DNA from: an uncultured Pelagibacteraceae bacterium
GTDB taxonomy: Bacteria; Pseudomonadota; Alphaproteobacteria; Pelagibacterales; Pelagibacteraceae
Assembly (NCBI GenBank): GCA_902581695.1
Contig: CACHOW010000002.1
Coordinates: forward strand, 277 to 64,276
DNA: 64,000 nucleotides
Reading direction: 5' to 3'
Shown: piece after piece, positions 9,620 through 18,539 of the stretch
Numbering within the stretch: position 1 is the first letter of the stretch
Layout: every line of letters starts with the position of its first letter
The notes under the pieces: generated by a model
The model's input: only the letters and a program-made list of their open reading frames with translations
Told to the model about the DNA's origin: nothing
Database searches by the model: none
Program-made: the position numbers and the translations under genes

Positions 9620-10777
9620 ATGACGAAAGAAAATAAATCATTGAAGATTAAAACATCTTCAAGACGTAAGTTCTTTAAAACTGCTGCTAAAGCAGGAGCT
9701 GTTGCTGCTGCTACTGTTGCAATGCCAAACATTGCAAGAGCAGACGGTCATGTAACTTTAAAGATGCAAGCAGCTTGGCCTTCAGGCGCTAATATCTTTT
9801 TTGAAATGGCTGGAGACTACTGTAACATGGTAAAAGAAATGTCTGGAGGTTCACTTAAAATTGATCTTCAACCAGTAGGTTCAGTTGTAAAAACTTCAGA
9901 AATAGGAGCTGCTGTTAGTGATGGTAACCTAGATATGGGTCACTGGGTGACAGCATATTGGTATGGTAAAAATCCTGCTGCTTCACTTTTTGGAACTGGT
10001 CCTTCATACGGAATGTCATCTCAAGAAGTTATGGGATGGATGGAGTATGGTGGAGGAAGAAAATTATATGATGAAGCAGTTGCTTCAGTTGGATTCGATT
10101 ATATTGGATTCTTTCATATGCCTATGCCAGCACAACCTTTTGGTTGGTTCAAAAAGAACGTAACAAAAGTATCTGATGTTAAAGGAATGAAGTATAGAAC
10201 TGTTGGTCTAGCGACTAACGTTTTAACTGCTATGGGAATGGTCGTAAGACAATTACCTGGTGGTGAAATTCAACCAGCAATGAAAACTGGTTTGATTGAT
10301 GCTGCTGAATTTAACAACCCAACATCAGACTCACAGTTTGGAATGCAAGATGTATCTAAACATTACCACTTAGGTAGTTTCCACCAGTCTCAAGAAATGT
10401 TTGAGATACCGGTGAACAAGAAAAGATACAATAGCCTTTCACCTGCTCATCAAGCTATCTTGAAAAATGCTGCTTATGCTGCAAACTCAGATAACTACTT
10501 CAAAGCTTTGGTTAGATATTCTGCTGACTTAGCTAAGTTAATGAATGAGCATAAGGTTAATGTTTACCAAACATCTGATGCTATTTTAGCTGAACAGTTA
10601 AAAGGTTGGGATAAAATAGTAAGTGAATTTTCTGGAAAAGATCCTTTCTTTAAGAAAATTATCGCTTCTCAGAAAGCATACGCTAAGAGAACTATGAAGT
10701 ATCTGTTGATGAATCAACCGAACTACAAATTAGCTTATGAAAATGAGTTTGGTCCAATCGGAAAAGTTAAAATTTAA
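9620..10777 (+). CDS. TRAP transporter solute-binding protein (TakP/keto-acid-lactate type) with Tat signal
   Basis: SRRKFFK twin-arginine signal; GGAG RBS; KYRTVG carboxylate-binding Arg; GGEI, AAEFNNP; followed by DctQ/DctM. Confidence 0.92.
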   Translation: MTKENKSLKIKTSSRRKFFKTAAKAGAVAAATVAMPNIARADGHVTLKMQAAWPSGANIFFEMAGDYCNMVKEMSGGSLKIDLQPVGSVVKTSEIGAAVSDGNLDMGHWVTAYWYGKNPAASLFGTGPSYGMSSQEVMGWMEYGGGRKLYDEAVASVGFDYIGFFHMPMPAQPFGWFKKNVTKVSDVKGMKYRTVGLATNVLTAMGMVVRQLPGGEIQPAMKTGLIDAAEFNNPTSDSQFGMQDVSKHYHLGSFHQSQEMFEIPVNKKRYNSLSPAHQAILKNAAYAANSDNYFKALVRYSADLAKLMNEHKVNVYQTSDAILAEQLKGWDKIVSEFSGKDPFFKKIIASQKAYAKRTMKYLLMNQPNYKLAYENEFGPIGKVKI

Positions 10778-10799
10778 TTAACTTTAAAAAAATTAAATT

Positions 10800-10829
10800 A
10801 AAGGGGGTTTAAAAACCCCCTTTTTTTTT
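10800..10829 (+). terminator. Intrinsic terminator/stabilising hairpin after dctP
   Basis: AAAGGGGGTT-TAAA-AACCCCCTTT followed by a T-run. Confidence 0.85.
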
Positions 10830-10858
10830 ACCAAAATTTACTATAATTATAAATTAAA

Positions 10859-11443
10859 ATGGAATCTTACATAAAATTTGCTGATACACTTAGCACTTCA
10901 ATGGGCAAAGCTTTTTCTTGGTGTATTGTTATTTTAATGGGAGGAACAGTTTATGAAGTGGTTATGGCTTATGCTTTCAATAAGCCAACGTTATGGAATT
11001 TTGATTTTAGTATGCAGATGTATGGGGCGATCTTAATGATGTCTGGTGCATATTGTCTTGCAACAGAAGCTCATGTTAGAGGAGATGTAATTTATAGACT
11101 ATTTAGTCAAAGAACCCAAGCATGGATAGATTTAATTCTTTATTTTATATTCTTTTTTCCTGGTGTAATAGCTTTAGCTTTTTATGGTTATGAGTATGCA
11201 GCTCAAGCTTGGAAGATTAAAGAGACTAGTTGGAGTAGTCCTGCGCAAATTCAAATTTATATGGTGAAATCCATGATACCTGCAGCTGGTATTATGTTAA
11301 TAATTCAGGGAGTAAGCGAGGTGTTCAGATCTATAATTTGTATTAAAACAGGTATTTGGCCTTCACGAATGGTTGTTGCTGAAGAAACAGATAAAATTTT
11401 AATGAGAACCTCTCAGGAGGAAGATAAAAATAATGTTATTTAG
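10859..11443 (+). CDS. TRAP small permease DctQ
   Basis: 4 TM helices, HVRGD motif, lies between SBP and DctM. Confidence 0.9.
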   Translation: MESYIKFADTLSTSMGKAFSWCIVILMGGTVYEVVMAYAFNKPTLWNFDFSMQMYGAILMMSGAYCLATEAHVRGDVIYRLFSQRTQAWIDLILYFIFFFPGVIALAFYGYEYAAQAWKIKETSWSSPAQIQIYMVKSMIPAAGIMLIIQGVSEVFRSIICIKTGIWPSRMVVAEETDKILMRTSQEEDKNNVI

Positions 11444-12794
11444 TCTTACTAATCCAGAAGTAGCAATTTTAATGATGGGAGTATTCCTGTTCGCAGTTTT
11501 GCTTGGTTTCCCTATAGCATTTACGTTAATGGCTATGGGAATAGGTTTTGGATATTATGCTTATTATGATCCAGTTTTAATGGATCATCTTTTTGATAAT
11601 AGAATATTTTCTCTATTTGTAAAAAATACTTATACAGTTATGGATAACAACGTACTGACCGCAGTACCGCTCTTTTTATTTATGGGATATTTAGTTGAAA
11701 GAGCAGGAATTGTAGCAAAATTATTTTTTGCAATAAGACTAGCTGCACATAGATTGCCAGCATCAATGGCTGTAGCAGCTCTTATTACGTGTACTTTATT
11801 TTCTACAGCAACAGGTATTATTGGGGCAGTCGTAACTTTAATGGGATTATTAGCTTGGCCAGCAATGGTTAAGGCAGGATATGACAAAAAATTTGCATCA
11901 GGAATAATTTGTAGTGGTGGTTGTTTAGGAATTTTAATTCCACCTAGTATTATGTTAATTGTTTATTCTGTAATTGCGCAATTATCACCATTAAGATTGT
12001 TTGCTGCAGCAATTTTTCCAGGGTTAATGTTAGCTGGTCTGTATATTGCATATGCGGTCACCAGAGCATGGCTTAATCCTTCAATAGCTCCAAGACCACC
12101 TGCTGAAGATATTCCACCAAGAGCAGAAATTTTAAAAGAGGTATTAGTCTCTTTTGTTCCTTTATTTGGTTTAATAATGTTAGTTCTTGGAACAATTTTA
12201 GCAGGAATTGCTACTCCAGCCGAAGCAGCAGCCGCAGGAGCTTTTGGTGCATTAATTTTATCTTGGTTTTATAAAACTCTCAAATGGCAAAATTTCAAAG
12301 AATCAGTTTTCTTGACTGCAAAAACAACTGCAATGATTATGTGGTTATTTATTGGATCTTGGACTTTTTCATCAGTATTCTCTTATTTAGGGGGACATGA
12401 GGTATTTGAACATTTCTTTACATCAATAAATATAACTACATGGCAATTTTTAGTAATTACTCAAATAATTATTTTTTTACTTGGTTGGCCTTTAGAATGG
12501 ACAGAGATTTTAATTATATTTGTTCCAATATTTTTACCATTACTGGAAATATTTAATGTGAATCCTTATTTTTTTGCAATGTTAATTGCTCTAAATTTAC
12601 AGACATCCTTTCTAACCCCACCAATGGCAATGTCTGCATACTATCTTAAAGGAGTTCAAAAAACTAATGTTGAATTGCTTGAAATATTTAAAGGGATCAT
12701 GCCATTTTTAGGTATAGTTATTTTTGGAATGTTTTTGATGTATATGTTCCCTGGAATTGCATTATGGCTACCAGATGTATTGTTTGCAGACTAA
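11433..12794 (+). CDS. TRAP large permease DctM
   Basis: AVPLFLFMG, GILIPPS, ATPAEAA, QTSFLTPP. Confidence 0.94.
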   Translation: MLFSLTNPEVAILMMGVFLFAVLLGFPIAFTLMAMGIGFGYYAYYDPVLMDHLFDNRIFSLFVKNTYTVMDNNVLTAVPLFLFMGYLVERAGIVAKLFFAIRLAAHRLPASMAVAALITCTLFSTATGIIGAVVTLMGLLAWPAMVKAGYDKKFASGIICSGGCLGILIPPSIMLIVYSVIAQLSPLRLFAAAIFPGLMLAGLYIAYAVTRAWLNPSIAPRPPAEDIPPRAEILKEVLVSFVPLFGLIMLVLGTILAGIATPAEAAAAGAFGALILSWFYKTLKWQNFKESVFLTAKTTAMIMWLFIGSWTFSSVFSYLGGHEVFEHFFTSINITTWQFLVITQIIIFLLGWPLEWTEILIIFVPIFLPLLEIFNVNPYFFAMLIALNLQTSFLTPPMAMSAYYLKGVQKTNVELLEIFKGIMPFLGIVIFGMFLMYMFPGIALWLPDVLFAD

Positions 12795-12800
12795 TAAAAA

Positions 12801-14126
12801 ATGATTGATATATTTTCGTTAAGTGTTGAAGAGATGGCTTCAAAGATTAAAGATGGCCAGTTAACTTCAGTTGAAGTTTGTGAAAAATATATTGAAAGAA
12901 TAAAAAAATTTGAAAAAGATATTAAGGCATGGGCTCACTTTGATAAAAAAGTTTTGTTAGAAAAAGCAGCTGACGCAGATGAACATAGAAAATCAGGTAA
13001 ACCTGTGGGCTCTTTACATGGAGTTCCGATAGCTTTAAAAGATATAATTGGAACTGTCGATATGCCAACAGAATGTGGCACACCTATAAGAAAAGGTAAA
13101 TCTTATTCTCAAAATGCTGAGATAGTTGAGCTGTTACATTCTGCTGGGGCTATTGTGATGGGTAAAACTGCTACATCAGAATTAGCTTATCTTGGACCAC
13201 CAAAAACAACTAATCCTCATGATTACACTAGAACTCCGGGGGGTTCTTCAAGTGGATCTGCAGCATCTATTGCATCTCTAATGGCCCCACTTTCAATTGG
13301 ATCGCAAACAGGTGGATCAGTTATTAGACCAGCTTCTTATTGTGGTATTGTTGGATATAAACCAACTTATGGACTTATCTCAAGAAATGGTGTCTTAAGG
13401 ACCTCGAATGCATTAGATCATATAGGTTTATTTGGCAGAACTGTTGAAGACGTAGCTTTGTTGGCCAAAGTTTTAATTAAAAAAGATCACCATGATCCTG
13501 CAACCATTTATTACTCAGCAGAAAATATTTTAGAGGAAACAAAAAAAGGTCCAGCGTATGAACCTAAGTTTATTTTTTATAAATCAGATTATTGGAATAT
13601 AATTGATAAAAAATCTAGAGAGTCCTTTGAATATTTTATTAAGTCATTTAAAAATATTGAGGTATTTGATACTCCATCATATTTTAAAGATATTCATAAA
13701 TATCACCAAATTATTCATGAAACAGATTTGGCTAATAATTTTGCAATGTATTACAAAAAGTATAAAGCAAAATTATCAAAATATATGCAAACTGCTATAG
13801 CTAAAGGCAATAAGCACTCAGCAAAAGAATATGCTGAGGCAATTGATTTTAAAAAAAGAAGTTATGAGTCTTACCAAGAGGTCTTCGAGGATTACCATGG
13901 TGTATTATCCCCTTCTAGTCCTGGTGTAGCACCTAAAGGCTTGAAGAGTACTGGAACGGCAGAATTCAATAAAGTTTGGTCTTATCTAGGAACACCTTGT
14001 ATTTCTCTTCCATTGCTTGAAGGTGAAAATAAATTACCACTAGGAGTTCAGCTAATAGGAGATCGCTATGATGATCATAGATTTTTAGGGGTTGCTAATT
14101 GGTTGGAAAAGGAATGTAATAATTAA
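12801..14126 (+). CDS. Amidase-signature family amidase
   Basis: GVPIALKD (Lys), TPGGSSSGS, GSQTGGSVIRPA (Ser-cisSer-Lys triad). Confidence 0.92.
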   Translation: MIDIFSLSVEEMASKIKDGQLTSVEVCEKYIERIKKFEKDIKAWAHFDKKVLLEKAADADEHRKSGKPVGSLHGVPIALKDIIGTVDMPTECGTPIRKGKSYSQNAEIVELLHSAGAIVMGKTATSELAYLGPPKTTNPHDYTRTPGGSSSGSAASIASLMAPLSIGSQTGGSVIRPASYCGIVGYKPTYGLISRNGVLRTSNALDHIGLFGRTVEDVALLAKVLIKKDHHDPATIYYSAENILEETKKGPAYEPKFIFYKSDYWNIIDKKSRESFEYFIKSFKNIEVFDTPSYFKDIHKYHQIIHETDLANNFAMYYKKYKAKLSKYMQTAIAKGNKHSAKEYAEAIDFKKRSYESYQEVFEDYHGVLSPSSPGVAPKGLKSTGTAEFNKVWSYLGTPCISLPLLEGENKLPLGVQLIGDRYDDHRFLGVANWLEKECNN

Positions 14127-14127
14127 A

Positions 14128-14304
14128 ATGCAAAAGTTTACAACATTTTTAGGTTCTTTGCTTGCGATTGCCTTCTTAGTTGGTCTTGCATTTACATTAA
14201 CAAGATCATCCATGATAGGTTTTTTTGATGTATTACCAGTTTATATTTTGATGGGTATTGCAATCTTTATGATGGTTTATGAAGCCTTCTTTGATAAAAA
14301 ATAG
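14128..14304 (+). CDS. Small 2-TM membrane protein (58 aa), unknown function
   Basis: ATG 1 nt after the amidase stop; two hydrophobic segments; fills the gap before the DMT gene. Confidence 0.7.
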   Translation: MQKFTTFLGSLLAIAFLVGLAFTLTRSSMIGFFDVLPVYILMGIAIFMMVYEAFFDKK

Positions 14305-14323
14305 ATAATTTAAAAATAAATCA

Positions 14324-15229
14324 TTGAGCACTAAAACTAAAAATCTTTTTGCGTTATCACTTTTAATTATTCAACCTATTTTTATGGCATCAAATCTAGT
14401 TGTAGCACGAGGTGGTGTTGAGTATGTTCCACCAATTTCTTTAGCATTTTGGAGATGGGCATTAGTTTTTTTGATCCTCTTACCTTTTACTTATATGTCA
14501 TTGAAAAAAAATTATAAAATTATGAAAAAGGAATATAAAAAACTCTTTTTCTTAGGGGCAACAGGGTGTGGTGTTTGCGGTGCTTTTCCTTTTTTAGCAG
14601 GTCAAACTACTACTGTTACTAATATGGGAATTATATATACATCATCACCGATATTTATAATTTTGATTTCTGGTATTTTTTTCAATGAAAAAATCAATAT
14701 TACAAAAGTTATTGGTCTCATATCTTGTTTAATTGGAGTCTTTGCAATTATAATTAAAGGCGATCTTTATTTATTAATAAATCTTAATTTTACTATTGGC
14801 GACCTTTGGATGTTAGCTGCTGCTATCGGATGGGCATTATATTCAATTTATTTATTTTATTGGAAAACAAAACTTGAGATTTTTCAAAGATTTACATTAA
14901 TTTCGTTTTTTGGAGCTGTTAGTTTGTTACCTTTTTATATTGGTGAAGAAATTTTTTTTGAAAAAACTGTTTTTACCGAAGAATTTTTTACGTGGGTTAT
15001 TTTTGCTGCTATTTCTCCAGGAATAATTGCATTTACTCTTTATACAATAGCTCAAAAAAAACTTGGCGCATCTTTGACTGGATTTACTTTATATATTTTT
15101 ACAATTTACGGTGCAATTTATGGTTATTTTTTATTTGGGGAAAAGTTAGAAAACTATCATTTGATTGGAACAGTTTTAGTGTTTATTGGTGTGTACTTAG
15201 CAAAGAAAAAAAATGTTCAAAAAATTTAG
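14324..15229 (+). CDS. DMT/EamA family transporter
   Basis: Two EamA repeats, ~10 TM helices, LAFWRW, GDLWML..AIGWALY, FLFGEKL. Confidence 0.9.
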   Translation: MSTKTKNLFALSLLIIQPIFMASNLVVARGGVEYVPPISLAFWRWALVFLILLPFTYMSLKKNYKIMKKEYKKLFFLGATGCGVCGAFPFLAGQTTTVTNMGIIYTSSPIFIILISGIFFNEKINITKVIGLISCLIGVFAIIIKGDLYLLINLNFTIGDLWMLAAAIGWALYSIYLFYWKTKLEIFQRFTLISFFGAVSLLPFYIGEEIFFEKTVFTEEFFTWVIFAAISPGIIAFTLYTIAQKKLGASLTGFTLYIFTIYGAIYGYFLFGEKLENYHLIGTVLVFIGVYLAKKKNVQKI

Positions 15230-16031
15230 GAAGAATTTATTGCAATTAGTTTTAACCCTCCTGTTTTTGTATTTTTTTGTTCTGGTATTTTTATATTTTT
15301 ATCAGCGAAATTTGCTTTATCATCCAAATGAAAATAATTATTCAGGAGATGAAATTTCAGTAGATATTAAAAGAGTTAAAATAAGAACTTCAGATAATAT
15401 TGAATTACTTGGATGGTATCATGAAAAAAATCTTAAGGATTATAAAACTGTTGTTTATTTTCATGGTAATGCCGGATCTTTAGAAAATAGAATTCATAAA
15501 CTTAATCATTTTCAAGATATGAATATTAATTTTTTAATTATAGCTTGGCGAGGTTTTAGCGGTAACAATGGAAAACCTACAGAACAAGGTCTTTATGAAG
15601 ATGGTAAAAGTGCGATTAATTGGTTAGCCAAAAAAGGAGTAGATGAAAAAAATCTGGTCTTATATGGAGAGTCTTTAGGGACTGGTGTAGCCACACATTT
15701 AGCTCAAAATAAGAATTATGCGGGTATAATTTTAGAAACGCCGTTTACTTCTATGGTAGATGCCGCCAAAACATTCTATCCTTACATTCCAGTTAATTTA
15801 TTACTTAAAGATAAATTTGAAAATTATAAAAAAATTAAGAATATAAATTCACCAATTATAGTAATGCATGGAGAAATAGATCAGATAGTTCCGTTCTCAA
15901 TGGGAAAAAAAATTTATGAGATAGCAAATGAACCTAAATATTCATACTTTACTAAATATGACAATCATATGATGGAATATGATGAAAAGTTAGTTTTAGC
16001 TCTTAAATCATTTCTCAAAAGTTTAAATTAA
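15213..16031 (+). CDS. Membrane-anchored alpha/beta hydrolase (Bem46/ABHD13-like)
   Basis: N-terminal TM, YFHGNAG, YGESLG nucleophile elbow, HGEIDQIVP, late His. Confidence 0.88.
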   Translation: MFKKFRKNLLQLVLTLLFLYFFVLVFLYFYQRNLLYHPNENNYSGDEISVDIKRVKIRTSDNIELLGWYHEKNLKDYKTVVYFHGNAGSLENRIHKLNHFQDMNINFLIIAWRGFSGNNGKPTEQGLYEDGKSAINWLAKKGVDEKNLVLYGESLGTGVATHLAQNKNYAGIILETPFTSMVDAAKTFYPYIPVNLLLKDKFENYKKIKNINSPIIVMHGEIDQIVPFSMGKKIYEIANEPKYSYFTKYDNHMMEYDEKLVLALKSFLKSLN

Positions 16032-16080
16032 GCCATATTCTAACCAAATAAAACACAATATTGAACTCTAATTTTTTAAT

Positions 16081-16644
16081 GTGAGTAAAATATTTTTATT
16101 AATCATTTTTCTTTTTTCTTTAAATAAAATTGCTATTGCAAAAGACGATGAGTTTTTACCTGATAATCTCTTTCATATAGATCATATGAATTCTCATAAT
16201 AAAAATTTTGCTTTATATTTTAAAGGCAGAGAAAATTCAATTTTAGCAAGGGGTGAAAATGAAAATTACATTAATGATTATCCAAAAGATCTCTATATTT
16301 ATGATTATCAAACCAAAACTTCATCTTCTTTAATATCTTATGACTGGTTTCCATCTCATGCAAAGTATTATCTTGAGGAATATGATTTTCCAGTATTTCC
16401 AGACGATTTTGCCTACTATCTTTTAAAAGACAATAAAACTTTAGTAATGATTAGTGCTGTAAAAAGCTTAAACGCTAATTTTAAATTTGATATCATAGAA
16501 AAAAAATTAGAACTTTACCCAACTACTGGTAAATTTGATTTTATTATATCCTCTTTTGCAAAAAATTGTGGACATTTTGAATTTAGAGATAATTATAATT
16601 GTAGTTTCTACAAACCATTAATATCAAGTAATTTGATTAACTAG
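16081..16644 (+). CDS. Hypothetical exported protein
   Basis: 187-aa ORF, GTG start, signal peptide ending AIA; overlaps the convergent ftsY end by 8 bp. Confidence 0.7.
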   Translation: MSKIFLLIIFLFSLNKIAIAKDDEFLPDNLFHIDHMNSHNKNFALYFKGRENSILARGENENYINDYPKDLYIYDYQTKTSSSLISYDWFPSHAKYYLEEYDFPVFPDDFAYYLLKDNKTLVMISAVKSLNANFKFDIIEKKLELYPTTGKFDFIISSFAKNCGHFEFRDNYNCSFYKPLISSNLIN

Positions 16645-17554
16645 TTTCAATAAAAGCTTCAGCAAATTTTTCAGCCTCAAATATTTGTAAATCATCTTCT
16701 TTTTCACCTAAACCTAAAGCAATAATCGGTAGCTTGTATTTTTTTGCTAACGCTAAAAGAATTCCACCTTTTGCAGTTCCATCTAACTTTGTCATAATAA
16801 TGCCAGTGATTGGAATAATCTTATTAAATTCCTCTACTTGATTGATTATATTTTGGCCAGAGGTTGCATCTAAAACCAAAATGACATCATGAGGTGCACC
16901 AGGGTCTATCTTTTTTGTTACATTGGCGATCTTTTTATATTCTTCCATTAAATTTTTTTTATTTTGAAGTCTTCCAGCTGTATCAATTAAAATCTGGTTA
17001 AATCCATTATTGATAGCTTCTTCAATGGCTTTATACGCAACTGAAGCAGGATCAGATCCTTGAGAAGATTTTGTTATTTGAACGTTTATTTTATTAGCCC
17101 AATTTTCTAATTGTTCAATTGCTGCTGCTCGAAAAGTATCTGAAGCTGCAAACATAACTTTATTACCATTATTTTTTAAAATTTTACCAATTTTACCAAT
17201 GCTTGTTGTTTTACCAACACCATTTACACCAGAAATTAAAGTTGCATTAAGTTTTTCTTTTTTCATAAAAAAAGAATTATTCTCCAACGGCTTCATTAAT
17301 GAAATAATATATTCTTTTAAAATAAGATTTATTTCTTCCGTTAAATCTTTATTGGGATCAACTTTTTTCTTTGAAATTATTCCTTTAATTTCAGAAGCAG
17401 CTTCAATACCAACATCAGACTGTACTAAAAACTCTTCAATTTTATTTAAATTTTCATCATCAATTTCTTTTTTTATAATAATTTCTTTAAGGCCCGATGA
17501 AAATGCAGAAGCACTTTTTTGAAAACCTTTTTTAAACTTATCAAATATTCCCAT
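16637..17554 (-). CDS. ftsY: SRP receptor FtsY (NG domain only)
   Basis: GVNGVGKTT, DTFRAAA, DTAGR, TKLDGTAKGG. Confidence 0.97.
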   Translation of the reverse strand: MGIFDKFKKGFQKSASAFSSGLKEIIIKKEIDDENLNKIEEFLVQSDVGIEAASEIKGIISKKKVDPNKDLTEEINLILKEYIISLMKPLENNSFFMKKEKLNATLISGVNGVGKTTSIGKIGKILKNNGNKVMFAASDTFRAAAIEQLENWANKINVQITKSSQGSDPASVAYKAIEEAINNGFNQILIDTAGRLQNKKNLMEEYKKIANVTKKIDPGAPHDVILVLDATSGQNIINQVEEFNKIIPITGIIMTKLDGTAKGGILLALAKKYKLPIIALGLGEKEDDLQIFEAEKFAEAFIETS

Positions 17555-18378
17555 TATAATTTTATTAAGATTTCTTTTATATCTGAAACAGGACCTTTCA
17601 TGTGAATAGAATTTTTTTGATCTATAAAAATTGACAATTTTCCAGTTTTAAATTCTATATCTGTATTATTGTTAGTAAGACCATTTATTTTACCAGCAAA
17701 TGCCGTTGCACATGCTGCAGTTCCACATGCTTTAGTTAGTCCAGCACCTCTTTCCCAGACTTTAATTTTAATTAAATTTTCATTAATAACTTGAGCAATT
17801 GTAACGTTACATTTTTCTGGAAATATTTTATGATTTTCAATTTTGGGACCAATTTTTGCAATATCAAAGTCCTCCATTTTATTTACAAAAAAAATAATAT
17901 GAGGGTTTCCAACATTGATAGCAGTACCACCTGAATGTTCGATATTGTTTAAATCATTAATTTTAATATTTAAATTTTTGGTATTCAATTCGTCAGAAAG
18001 AGGAATTTCACTCCAATTAATTTTTGCATTTCCAATTTCGGTTGTAACTAAATTATTTCCTAATATTTCAGATTTTAAATTTCCAGATAGAGTTTTTAAG
18101 ATTATTGTTTTATTATCTTTTTCTTTTGAAATCAAATCAGCAACACACCTTGTACCATTGCCACACGCTCCAGACTCACCCCCATCAGAATTGAAAAACT
18201 TTAAATGAGCATCTGCGGTATTATCTTTTTCAATTAATATTAATTGATCACAACCAATAAAATTTCTATCACAAATTTTAATAATTTGTTCTTTTGATAA
18301 TTCAGTAACTTCTTGTCTATTGTCGATGATTACAAAATCATTACCCAATCCATCCATTTTAAAAGCTTTAATGTCCAT
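17554..18378 (-). CDS. dapF: Diaminopimelate epimerase
   Basis: GLGNDF, ACGNGTRC, NVGNPH, ERGAGLTKACGT. Confidence 0.97.
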   Translation of the reverse strand: MDIKAFKMDGLGNDFVIIDNRQEVTELSKEQIIKICDRNFIGCDQLILIEKDNTADAHLKFFNSDGGESGACGNGTRCVADLISKEKDNKTIILKTLSGNLKSEILGNNLVTTEIGNAKINWSEIPLSDELNTKNLNIKINDLNNIEHSGGTAINVGNPHIIFFVNKMEDFDIAKIGPKIENHKIFPEKCNVTIAQVINENLIKIKVWERGAGLTKACGTAACATAFAGKINGLTNNNTDIEFKTGKLSIFIDQKNSIHMKGPVSDIKEILIKL

Positions 18379-18400
18379 ATATAGTTATTTAACTTATTTA

Positions 18401-18428
18401 TTGACTTTTTGAACCTCTATTATAGTTT
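18401..18428 (+). promoter_or_regulatory. Putative sigma70 promoter for the ffh leader
   Basis: TTGACT (18401-18406), 16 nt spacer, TAGTTT (18423-18428), immediately before the structured leader. Confidence 0.5.
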
Positions 18429-18430
18429 GT

Positions 18431-18526
18431 GGCAGTTTCCGCAAAAACATTAAATTTGCGGTGTCTTTGGAAACAAAGAGATCGACACTAGTCAGCGAGG
18501 GTTCGCCCACTAGTGCGTTTACTGCT
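18431..18526 (+). ncRNA. Structured ffh 5' leader RNA (ffh motif described in Pelagibacter/Alphaproteobacteria)
   Basis: GC-rich stretch in AT-rich DNA with hairpins CCGCAAA..TTTGCGG, TCTTTG-GAAA-CAAAGA, CACTAGT..GGG-TTCG-CCC-ACTAGTG and a closing GCAGT/ACTGC stem; directly upstream of ffh. Confidence 0.8.
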
Positions 18527-18539
18527 GTGTGTAATAAAT

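Noticed and set aside
12801-14126. Annotation as gatA
   Set aside because: No gatB/gatC nearby; divergent signature (GKTATSELA, GSQTGGSVIRPA) and TRAP context indicate a catabolic amidase
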